In this document: positions 9,169 through 17,623 of the stretch, one piece after another
Numbering within the stretch: position 1 is the first letter of the stretch
Layout of the letters: each line of letters opens with the position of its first letter
Assembly (NCBI GenBank): GCA_020047935.1
Contig: JAIFNC010000057.1
Span: 1 to 44,475, forward strand
Length of the DNA stretch: 44,475 nt
Reading direction: 5' to 3'
Origin: Bacteroidota bacterium
GTDB taxonomy: Bacteria > Bacteroidota > Bacteroidia > Bacteroidales > JAIFNC01
Program-made: the position numbers and the translations under genes
The notes under the pieces: model-generated
What the model was told of the DNA's origin: nothing
Seen by the model: the letters and a program-made list of their open reading frames with translations, nothing else
Database searches by the model: none

Positions 9169-9244
9169 TATTTTAACCTTTATTTGGATATATCAAAAAT
9201 TTGGGGTATATTTAATCTATTGATATATAATATATGCTAAAATA

Positions 9245-9276
9245 TTTGGTTATGCCATCTAAATTATATATCTTTG
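9245..9276 (+). promoter_or_regulatory. Promoter of the cas operon
   Basis: TTTG 9245-9248, 20 nt, TATCTTTG 9269-9276. The ATG follows 24 nt downstream. Confidence 0.55.
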
Positions 9277-9300
9277 TGTCATAATTAAAAACAAATAAAA

Positions 9301-10362
9301 ATGAAAAAAGTAAAAACTATTCTATTAAAAGTAGAATTAAAAGGTAATGGTATTGTAAATTTTGATAGTGGCGATCAAAAATATATATGGAATAAAAACG
9401 CAACTGATAATGGACACGAAAAAAGTCCATATGATAATGTTTCTTTTGCTAAAAAAAGATGGTACAAAGAAAATGGTAAAACAACGCATAAAATAATTAT
9501 TTCGAGCAATTGTCTTCGACATAATATATTTTCCAATGACGTATTGTTTCAATCACCAAACATTATGAATAATAAAAATCTTTTATACTCAATGATTGGT
9601 TCACCAGGTTCACTATTAAGAGGTTATTTATTCGCTCAAAAAGATGCTACATCAATACATAGATCAAGTGTTCTGAATATTACTGATGCTCAGCAAACAA
9701 ACGAGGCGATATCATCAATAGAAACATTCGCCAGAAGTGGTGAAAAAGTTACTGATGAAAATAAATCAGATACAAGTTTCTTTAAAAAAGAATCTATTGG
9801 TGATATTACTTATGAAGCTCTTGGTTCAATTGATTTAATGCAATTACAATTTGTCAGTTGTGATGAAATATTTGATCGACTAGCATTTAATCCTGATGAT
9901 TTTGAAGAATATAAAAAATCTATGGTGACAAGATTTCCAGATTTCAATCCAACATTAGGTTATTATCAAATTAAAAATAGTGTAATCGAATTACCTGAAT
10001 ACGGCATTAAACTTTCCGAAGAAAACACTGTTTCATTAACTAAAGAGTTATTAACACGTATTTTAAACACAAACATACGAACATCTGGCGCGTATGCTGA
10101 GGTTGTGAAAGTTTCTTATAAATTGGTGTACGATGCTTTTGAAAATAAAATGTCTAATAAAGATGGTTGGGTTGAAATAAGTCAAAAATCTATTGACGAT
10201 TTATATTTTGAACCACAAGATTATTATGAAAATTACGATTCTGAAACAGCATCGGAATTAAGAAAATCTTTAACTGAAATATCTCGTTTAAAAAAGGAAA
10301 AAAATAAAGAAGAGGCGGACGCTAAAAACAAAGAAAAGAAAAAAACTAAAACTGAAAAATAA
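9301..10362 (+). CDS. cas7: Cas7-like backbone subunit (putative), with a Lys-rich C-terminal tail
   Basis: First gene of the operon that also holds cas6, the array and cas3. HKIIISSNCLRHNIFS resembles the Cas7 'ISSQSLKRxxR' segment. The tail reads KKEKNKEEADAKNKEKKKTKTEK. The assignment rests on context plus a weak motif. Confidence 0.5.
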   Translation: MKKVKTILLKVELKGNGIVNFDSGDQKYIWNKNATDNGHEKSPYDNVSFAKKRWYKENGKTTHKIIISSNCLRHNIFSNDVLFQSPNIMNNKNLLYSMIGSPGSLLRGYLFAQKDATSIHRSSVLNITDAQQTNEAISSIETFARSGEKVTDENKSDTSFFKKESIGDITYEALGSIDLMQLQFVSCDEIFDRLAFNPDDFEEYKKSMVTRFPDFNPTLGYYQIKNSVIELPEYGIKLSEENTVSLTKELLTRILNTNIRTSGAYAEVVKVSYKLVYDAFENKMSNKDGWVEISQKSIDDLYFEPQDYYENYDSETASELRKSLTEISRLKKEKNKEEADAKNKEKKKTKTEK

Positions 10363-10364
10363 TT

Positions 10365-11261
10365 ATGAAATATTTAAAATTAACATTTAAAAATGCAGGA
10401 TTTTTCATAATTAATAATGGTACTAAAGATTTTGTTTTCGATATAAATGGACAACGAAAACGTAAGGATGCGTTTATGTCAAAACAACAAAAAGTAAGTA
10501 TATCGGTAAATCAAATTAGTAATATGTTGCACGTATTAATGGGTGAAAGACCCAGTGCAACATATAGGGAAACTTATATTAAGTCAATTCCATATATTTT
10601 TGAAGTCGCCCAAAATTCATATATTAAAATCGATAATCCAAGATTCTCTTTTGTGGATAAAAAGACACAAGATACAAAATTTTATTATCAATCAGAAACC
10701 ATTACTACCCGAAAATCAGTTTGGAATAGTTTCAGTAAAACTAAAGATCTTGTTTATTGGAAACGAATTGAAAATGCGTTAACCGATGATGATAATTCTA
10801 AATATATTGAAATGATTTCATTATTTAGTGAAATTCTTGGTTATAACGTGTTAACTAAACCTGCTGAAGAGGTGGTTGAAGAATTAAGACTTAAACACCC
10901 TTATAATCAAAAAATTAATGATTTTAAATCATCATTAAAAGGAAAAACGCCAATTATAAAATTTATTGATGGTGATTATTGGGCTAATGGTACTGGTAAT
11001 GGTGATTTAAATAAAAATTCAAGAACATTGATTACAACGAATAATGGTATTGAAAAAATTATTAGATTGTCAGGGTCAATAATTATACCATTAAATGATA
11101 ATGACATTGAAAAAATACGCAATTCCAAATCAACAGCAACTTTACTTGATGGTGGCGTTGTATGGGTCGAAGATTTAATTGACGAAAATGATTTTGGTAT
11201 TATTGAATTAATTGAATACGTTAATATTAATAAATTAGAAGAATATGAGAATAAAATTTAA
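10365..11261 (+). CDS. cas5: Cas5-like (or Cas5/Cas8-like) subunit, putative
   Basis: Starts 2 nt after the cas7-like stop and overlaps cas6 by 17 nt. VNQISNMLHVLMGERPS is reminiscent of the Cas5 N-terminal helix. Assigned mainly by position. Confidence 0.4.
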   Translation: MKYLKLTFKNAGFFIINNGTKDFVFDINGQRKRKDAFMSKQQKVSISVNQISNMLHVLMGERPSATYRETYIKSIPYIFEVAQNSYIKIDNPRFSFVDKKTQDTKFYYQSETITTRKSVWNSFSKTKDLVYWKRIENALTDDDNSKYIEMISLFSEILGYNVLTKPAEEVVEELRLKHPYNQKINDFKSSLKGKTPIIKFIDGDYWANGTGNGDLNKNSRTLITTNNGIEKIIRLSGSIIIPLNDNDIEKIRNSKSTATLLDGGVVWVEDLIDENDFGIIELIEYVNINKLEEYENKI

Positions 11262-11949
11262 TTTCACAAAAAATACTACACCAGTAAATATTAATAATCA
11301 ATCTGATGTAAATTATTATATACATAAATGTTTAGGTGATAATAATCCATACCATGATGCTAAAAATGATTATTCAATATCTAATCTACAAGGTGGTAAA
11401 CTTATAAAGGGTACAAAAAATCTTCAGTTTGATAATGGTGGGTTTATTACTATAACATCATTAAATACCATTTTTATTAATGATATTATTGGGGGAATTA
11501 TGTCAAATCCACAATTGAAATGGGGAATGGTATTTAAAAATGTCGAATTTATTAATGAAAACTTTATTAATGGATGGAATCATTTTGCTACTTTATCACC
11601 TTTTATTATTAAAAAATATTCGGATAAAAACACTTATTCATTTGCCACAATCAATGATAATGATTTTAATACTATCGTCAAAAATCATATTGTTAATAAA
11701 CTGACAAAAATTTATCCTACCATCAAACTGGATAACTTTGATGTACAAATTAAAAATCATCCATCACATAAAGTGTCTAAAGTTAGGGTTAAAAATGTTT
11801 TAAATATCGGTAATCAATGCCACGTAAGTATTTTCACAACTAAAGATGTTGCCGAAAAAATTTATAATATTGGGTTAGGACAATCAACAGGGTCAGGTTT
11901 TGGTACAATATATAAAACAGAAAATCGTTCTACTTATAAATTAGAATAA
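11245..11949 (+). CDS. cas6: Cas6 endoribonuclease
   Basis: N-terminus MRIKFNF and the C-terminal glycine-rich loop GLGQSTGSGFGTI (the GhGxxxxxGhG Cas6 signature). Lies directly upstream of the array. Confidence 0.8.
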   Translation: MRIKFNFTKNTTPVNINNQSDVNYYIHKCLGDNNPYHDAKNDYSISNLQGGKLIKGTKNLQFDNGGFITITSLNTIFINDIIGGIMSNPQLKWGMVFKNVEFINENFINGWNHFATLSPFIIKKYSDKNTYSFATINDNDFNTIVKNHIVNKLTKIYPTIKLDNFDVQIKNHPSHKVSKVRVKNVLNIGNQCHVSIFTTKDVAEKIYNIGLGQSTGSGFGTIYKTENRSTYKLE

Positions 11950-11990
11950 AAAAAATGGTGAAGGTTAAACTATATTATATTATTAATAGT

Positions 11991-11998
11991 TATATTTG
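11991..11998 (+). promoter_or_regulatory. Candidate -7 box in the CRISPR leader
   Basis: TATATTTG lies 52 nt before repeat 1 in an A/T-rich 101-nt leader (11950-12050). No clear -33 element. Confidence 0.3.
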
Positions 11999-12050
11999 TA
12001 TCGTCAAACCATCCTTAAATGGTTTAATTTCAATGAATTATATAAAACCT

Positions 12051-12613
12051 ACTGTATCTTATCCAATTCCGCAAGGGAATCACAACTTTACAACATTGTT
12101 ATATATTACCGTGATTACTGTATCTTATCCAATTCCGCGAGGGAATCACAACTGAATATTATTATGGTGAAGATATGTGAGAACTGTATCTTATCCAATT
12201 CCGCAAGGGAATCACAACAATGTGGGTGTACTATAATATTAAAAATATACTGTATCTTATCCAATTCCGCAAGGGAATCACAACGGTGACACATATACTG
12301 TTACATACAATGGTACTGTATCTTATCCAATTCCGCAAGGGAATCACAACAATATTAGGTCATTATAGTGTTTTTTACGACTGTATCTTATCCAATTCCG
12401 CAAGGGAATCACAACACAAAGGGTGATGTTTCAATTTCGCCCCATACTGTATCTTATCCAATTCCGCAAGGGAATCACAACAAAAATAACTTTGCCTTGC
12501 CTTGATTAAAAACTGTATCTTATCCAATTCCGTAAGGGAATCACAAGGGAACAGCTAAAAGTAATAACAATGATTTCACAGTTTCTTATCCAATTCCGTA
12601 AGGGAATCACAAC
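12051..12613 (+). CRISPR. CRISPR array, 9 repeats and 8 spacers
   Basis: 36-nt repeat ACTGTATCTTATCCAATTCCGCAAGGGAATCACAAC starting at 12051, 12117, 12183, 12249, 12315, 12380, 12446, 12512 and 12578. Spacers are 30, 30, 30, 30, 29, 30, 30 and 30 nt, all different. The last two repeats are degenerate, so the leader is on the cas6 side. Confidence 0.97.
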
Positions 12614-12679
12614 TAAATAAGGTTGAATTCTTTGGGGTCGGTCTTCATTTGTTTTTTTTTATATTATTCCATACAGGAA

Positions 12680-12711
12680 TTTGTTTATATGAAATATTTG
12701 TATTATCTTTG
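12680..12711 (+). promoter_or_regulatory. Promoter of cas3
   Basis: TTTG 12680-12683, 20 nt, TATCTTTG 12704-12711. ATG 12728 follows 16 nt downstream. Confidence 0.5.
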
Positions 12712-12727
12712 TACCAAAATAAAAATT

Positions 12728-14977
12728 ATGATTGAAAAACTTTTATCAAATAGTAACGGTACGAATCTTATAACCCATTTAAAAGCAACATCTAAAATTG
12801 CTGGCATTCTTTGTGATCGTATGGGGTTATCCGATGATAAAAAAATTATAATACAAACATCAGCATTATTACATGATATTGGTAAATCATATAGTGTGTT
12901 TTATGATTATATTAGTACTGGCGTTGAATCTGATGAATTTTTGACTAATAAAATTTTACATCATGAAGTATCTTGGGCGGTATTATTATATCTATTGGTG
13001 GATAATAAATATAAACACAATATTCTTCATGCTATTTATTGGCATCATGCTAAAGACGCGTCAACAATGAATAAAGAATATGCATCAAGTATTATCGAAA
13101 AAATTAATGTTAATGATAGACTACAAATAGTTCAACTATTTAACTTTTTAACTAATGATAATAAAACTATTGATGTTTTTAATGATGACATTAATAATGA
13201 CGAATATCCTATTTACTTTAAAAACAAATCTAACGATAATAACAACGCTATTAATTTTTTAACAATGGGATGCCTAGTATCTGCCGACAGATATGTGTCT
13301 ATATTTAATCAAGAAAAAATATTAATCAATGATGATTATTGTTTTGAAATTGTTAATAAAATTGAAATATGTAATAAACGACCATATTCAATTCCTGAAC
13401 ATTATGATCTTGAACGATTTAATAAACAAGTTGAATATGTTTCATTAATACCAAACAATACTACTACTATTTTTAAAGCACCTGCAGGTTTTGGTAAAAC
13501 CCCAACGGGTCTTATATGTTGGAATACTAAATCAAGAAAAAAATTGATATGGGTGTGCCCAAGAAACGTTGTGGCCGAAACGGTTTATCAAAATATCATT
13601 AATGAACTAGATGCGTTAAACCTTAATGATACTAAAGTTGAATTATATTTAACAAGTAATGTAGTTAAATCAAATTATAATAATTACTCGGATTTTTCAT
13701 CTGATATTATCGTCACTAATATTGATAATTTTCTTAACCCTACAATTAATAACTGGGTTAAAAATAGAATGTTTAATATATTCTCTTCTGATGTGATTTT
13801 TGATGAATTTCATGAATTTATTGGGGATGAACCATTATTTGCATCGTTTGTTAATGTAATGAGAATTAGACATAGATATACAAACTCTAATACGTTATTA
13901 CTTAGTGCCACCCCAACACTAATGAATTTTTTGTGGGATACTATCAATAATGAAACTATTATTTTACCTAATAATCAAACACATTACCCACCAGTACACA
14001 ATAAACCTTATAATTTTAATTATGTATCTGACTTTAATAGTATATTACCACAAAAAAACACTTTATTTGCTACAAATGCTATTAAATCTTCCCAAATTTT
14101 AACTATAAATAAACATTATTCAAATATAGTACATAGTAAATTTACAGATACTGATCGAAAACGAATTATTACTAATTTATTTAATATGTATGGTAAAAAT
14201 TCTACTGAAGAAAAAAAAGACGTTATATCTGCACCACTTGTTAGGGCCGCGATGGATTTATCATTTCAAAATTTATATATTATTATCAAATCAATTGAAG
14301 ATTTTTTACAAACAATTGGTAGAATAAATAGGTGGAATGAATATGATTATGCTAATGTTTATGTGATCATTGACATTAATAACCCTACTATTAAAAAATC
14401 TGAAATTGCCGCAATCAAATATACGTATAATGAAACTTTATACAATATTTGGGTTGATTTTATAAAAAAAGAAATGGTTGATGGTAATTCATATAATCTA
14501 ACTGAATTATACAATTTATATAATAAATTTAATATAACATATAAAACTAATATTATTGAATATATTAACAATAAATTTATTAACAGTACTGTTAATCTAT
14601 CTAAAATATATCCGAAAAAATATTTAATACCAGAAAACGACACTAGCACTAAAATTAAAACTTCTAAATTAAGAGATAACGGAAATGAAAAAATATATTG
14701 TATATATCGTAATTATTTTAATGATGATTATACCGAACCTTTTTTAATTGATATGGAAGATGAAAATATTAATGAAAATAGTTTGAAATTTATTGTTAAA
14801 AATATTGAACGTTTAATAACTGATGAAAGATTTGAATATACTAAATATACTTTGAAATATATTCAAAATGATATTAATAAACTAAAAATAATGGCTACAA
14901 ACCCTAAAACACCATATATATCTTTCAATAAAGTTTACCACCAAAAACTTGGTATAATAGATAAAAATTTATGTTAA
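12728..14977 (+). CDS. cas3: Cas3 (N-terminal HD nuclease + SF2 helicase)
   Basis: HD motifs: LLHDIGKS, HHEVSW, YWHHAK. Helicase motifs: APAGFGKTP (I), FDEFHEF (II, DExH), LLSATP (III), VHSKFTDTDR, QTIGRINRW (VI). The track start 12623 is a TTG upstream of the promoter; ATG 12728 (MIEKLL) is preferred. Confidence 0.88.
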   Translation: MIEKLLSNSNGTNLITHLKATSKIAGILCDRMGLSDDKKIIIQTSALLHDIGKSYSVFYDYISTGVESDEFLTNKILHHEVSWAVLLYLLVDNKYKHNILHAIYWHHAKDASTMNKEYASSIIEKINVNDRLQIVQLFNFLTNDNKTIDVFNDDINNDEYPIYFKNKSNDNNNAINFLTMGCLVSADRYVSIFNQEKILINDDYCFEIVNKIEICNKRPYSIPEHYDLERFNKQVEYVSLIPNNTTTIFKAPAGFGKTPTGLICWNTKSRKKLIWVCPRNVVAETVYQNIINELDALNLNDTKVELYLTSNVVKSNYNNYSDFSSDIIVTNIDNFLNPTINNWVKNRMFNIFSSDVIFDEFHEFIGDEPLFASFVNVMRIRHRYTNSNTLLLSATPTLMNFLWDTINNETIILPNNQTHYPPVHNKPYNFNYVSDFNSILPQKNTLFATNAIKSSQILTINKHYSNIVHSKFTDTDRKRIITNLFNMYGKNSTEEKKDVISAPLVRAAMDLSFQNLYIIIKSIEDFLQTIGRINRWNEYDYANVYVIIDINNPTIKKSEIAAIKYTYNETLYNIWVDFIKKEMVDGNSYNLTELYNLYNKFNITYKTNIIEYINNKFINSTVNLSKIYPKKYLIPENDTSTKIKTSKLRDNGNEKIYCIYRNYFNDDYTEPFLIDMEDENINENSLKFIVKNIERLITDERFEYTKYTLKYIQNDINKLKIMATNPKTPYISFNKVYHQKLGIIDKNLC

Positions 14978-15222
14978 CAAATGATGATTTAATTAAACTT
15001 GGTTTTAAACCTATACCACATTTTACTATTGGTAATTCCGTTACTTATGATTTAGGTAGAGGAAGACATTTATCTGCAGGGAATGTTGGTACTCCTAATG
15101 AAATGGTCTTTATTTGTGCAACTGATTATAAGGATAAAACTAACATTACCGATCTTGTTTGTTTACATAACTATGATTATGATGGATACATTACTGAAGA
15201 GAAAATTAAAATATATATGTAG
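14971..15222 (+). CDS. Hypothetical protein (83 aa) translationally coupled to cas3
   Basis: Its ATG overlaps the cas3 stop (ATGTTAA). No Cas1, Cas2 or Cas4 motif recognised. Confidence 0.45.
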   Translation: MLTNDDLIKLGFKPIPHFTIGNSVTYDLGRGRHLSAGNVGTPNEMVFICATDYKDKTNITDLVCLHNYDYDGYITEEKIKIYM

Positions 15223-15242
15223 TTAAAATATATTAAATGATT

Positions 15243-15398
15243 CTATTTTGATACTTTCTTTTCTTTAAAATAAGATAATAGTATGGTTTCAATCATATTA
15301 TTGGTTGATGGTCGGTTTTCTTCTAACCGAGCTTTTTCAATTGCATCAACTAACCAATCATTTTTATCTGTGAATTTTAAGGATATTCTATTTGCCAT
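15243..15398 (-). CDS. Small RHH-like protein (51 aa), my own ORF call
   Basis: MANRISLKFTDKNDWLVDAIEKARLEENRPSTNNMIETILLSYFKEKKVSK. The pattern is a beta-strand followed by two helices. Its ATG is 1 nt after the helicase stop (TAAAATG). Confidence 0.35.
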   Translation of the reverse strand: MANRISLKFTDKNDWLVDAIEKARLEENRPSTNNMIETILLSYFKEKKVSK

Positions 15399-15399
15399 T

Positions 15400-16935
15400 T
15401 TATAATCCGAATTGTTTGATTAATAAATCACTTATACTTAATTCCGCATGTTTTTCTGCTTCTAATTGAGCTTCCAATTTTTCAATGGTTTGTCCTACGT
15501 TTGGTAATCGTCTTCTTAGTTCATTTAAACCGTCTGGTTGATCGATTTCTGATACGCCATGGATTCTATCCATTCCAACAATATCTTCGTTAGGATTAAA
15601 CCCATAATCACGTAATTCTGTTATTAATTGTATAACATTTGCTTTATCATCCTCATTTCCATTATAAACACTTGGTATCATTATGTAAGCATATGGTTTA
15701 TTCATTAATTCCAAATCATTAACACAAATTACGTTAGTGTCAATTTTTTTCCTATCATCAATATCTGGTCTGGCTGACCTACCATATGTTTGTAAAAATT
15801 TACTCTTTGATAATGTCCTTAATGGCATTATACCAGAAAACCCACTAACATCAATTCCCTCAGCTAATATATCATAATGTAATACTATTAGTTTCTTAGT
15901 GATATCTAAACCATCCATCTTTAATCTTCTTAAAAAATCTTGACGATTTACTTGTTCACCATTGATATTATTACCAACTTCACCATTAGATGCTACGGCA
16001 TATATACTAACGCCAGCATTAATTAATTGACTATATTCCCTACTGTTAAGGAAATTAATAATATCCTGTGTACCCTTTGCCGATACTAAAACCTTTGGTA
16101 ATCTCTTAGTTAATATTTTACCATGTTGTTCAAAGGTATCTTTAATGATTTTATTTAATGATCGGTTATAATCATCTACATTATAAACACCATCAGTAAT
16201 AACAAAATGTAATCTCGGTCTAACCATCTTACCCAATTCAATCGCTTGCCTTGGTATCATACTATATAATAGTTCTCCGTATGACTCACTATTATTCATT
16301 CCCCTACCTGTATCTGATGGCGTCGAAATTGTGGTTGCGGTAAAGAAATAACACCTTTCAGATTTTAATGTATGCAATATATCATGAAATTGCTCCTGTA
16401 CCAAATAATGGGCTTCATCATTTAATATTATAGATATTGGATTAAACCCTTCTCTAGCATCCTCGATTCTTTCTGCCGAATTATATGTACTGAAAAATAT
16501 TAATGGTAAATTTTGTTCCTTAGCCTTAAACATCATTCCTCGTATGTCTGACATACTTGTTCCCGAACCAATTTCAGAAAATGGTATACTTGCACCATCA
16601 AGATTAGCCTTGATACGAATATCTTCTAACTCCTTTTCATTTGTCTTTCCACCACTATGTACAAACATATAACGAGCTTCTATCTTCGCATCAACTAAAA
16701 ATCCATAAACCTCTTTTAAAAGTTGATACGTTAATACTATTCTCGGTGCATTAACAACATACATACGAAAACCACTATTCTTTATAATGTCATCAGCAAT
16801 TATCGCCGCCTGACAGAATGTCTTACCTACACCCGTTGGCATACATACTATACCTTTTTCTCTCGATATTGCACTAGCCACGGCTTCCTTTTGATATGGA
16901 TATAACCTATCAAGTATATTTATTCTACTTTCCAT
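15400..16935 (-). CDS. SF2 (DEAH/ResIII-type) helicase
   Basis: CMPTGVGKT (I), LNDEAHYL (II), FFTATT (III), QTYGRSARP (VI). Confidence 0.8.
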   Translation of the reverse strand: MESRINILDRLYPYQKEAVASAISREKGIVCMPTGVGKTFCQAAIIADDIIKNSGFRMYVVNAPRIVLTYQLLKEVYGFLVDAKIEARYMFVHSGGKTNEKELEDIRIKANLDGASIPFSEIGSGTSMSDIRGMMFKAKEQNLPLIFFSTYNSAERIEDAREGFNPISIILNDEAHYLVQEQFHDILHTLKSERCYFFTATTISTPSDTGRGMNNSESYGELLYSMIPRQAIELGKMVRPRLHFVITDGVYNVDDYNRSLNKIIKDTFEQHGKILTKRLPKVLVSAKGTQDIINFLNSREYSQLINAGVSIYAVASNGEVGNNINGEQVNRQDFLRRLKMDGLDITKKLIVLHYDILAEGIDVSGFSGIMPLRTLSKSKFLQTYGRSARPDIDDRKKIDTNVICVNDLELMNKPYAYIMIPSVYNGNEDDKANVIQLITELRDYGFNPNEDIVGMDRIHGVSEIDQPDGLNELRRRLPNVGQTIEKLEAQLEAEKHAELSISDLLIKQFGL

Positions 16936-16936
16936 A

Positions 16937-17518
16937 TTATAATTCTTTTACGATTTCTCTTACTTTATCCCAAAATATAAAATTATTATCTAATAAACTT
17001 CTAAAATCATTATAACCAAAACATTTAACTTTACTTTTAAACATCTCTTGGTCAGTATAGAAATTTAAACCAGTTGCCGTGGTAAATACAAAATGCCTAT
17101 AATTATTTGGATTTTCCATATCAGCAACAACTCCATGACTTAACATTCCATCCGTAAGCAAATTTCCTAAACTGTCTCTATTACTAGTCAATTCAGTTAA
17201 TACATTACTTCGATATTTTACTTGAACTACACTCTTTTCTCTATTAAGGTTTATTCCTAATCCATCAACACCATTATCGTTTTCTTGAACTGGTACATAG
17301 TTATAAACCCCAACACGATTGTCCGTTGAATGTAATAACAAAAACAACTCAACAAAGAACTCAAACGCATCACCCTTATACTTTTCAGAATCATATCTTA
17401 ATGGGTCAATTAATGACTCCCTTTCAATATTCCTCATAAGTTGTGACATCCTATTAACACCATCAAATAATCTGGGTAAACTATGACTCTTTGTTATAAA
17501 ATTATGTTGTAAATTCAT
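16937..17518 (-). CDS. PD-(D/E)xK (Mrr-like) restriction endonuclease domain protein
   Basis: GDAFEFFVELFL ... GVDGLGINLNREKSVVQVKYR (D...QxK core). Ends 1 nt before the helicase ATG. Confidence 0.6.
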   Translation of the reverse strand: MNLQHNFITKSHSLPRLFDGVNRMSQLMRNIERESLIDPLRYDSEKYKGDAFEFFVELFLLLHSTDNRVGVYNYVPVQENDNGVDGLGINLNREKSVVQVKYRSNVLTELTSNRDSLGNLLTDGMLSHGVVADMENPNNYRHFVFTTATGLNFYTDQEMFKSKVKCFGYNDFRSLLDNNFIFWDKVREIVKEL

Positions 17519-17623
17519 ATCATGTTGATTTTTAATGTGTTTTTATTTATACTATCACAACAATATCCATTTTTGGGTGAAATTATAAATGTAATACTTT
17601 TTATTTTTGAAACATATAGATTA

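Noticed and set aside
12087-12116. Possible self-targeting: spacer 1 shares AACATTGTTA with the cassette palindrome.
   Set aside because: The match is only 10 nt out of 30. I found no full or near-full protospacer for any of the 8 spacers by eye in this window. A genome-wide search is still needed.
11955-12426. Plus-strand ORFs 11955-12155, 11996-12289 and 12220-12426, which contain repeated peptides (VSYPIPRGNHN, CILSNSARESQ, LYLIQFRKGITT).
   Set aside because: They are translations of the CRISPR repeats in three frames, so the periodic peptide repeats are an artefact of the array.
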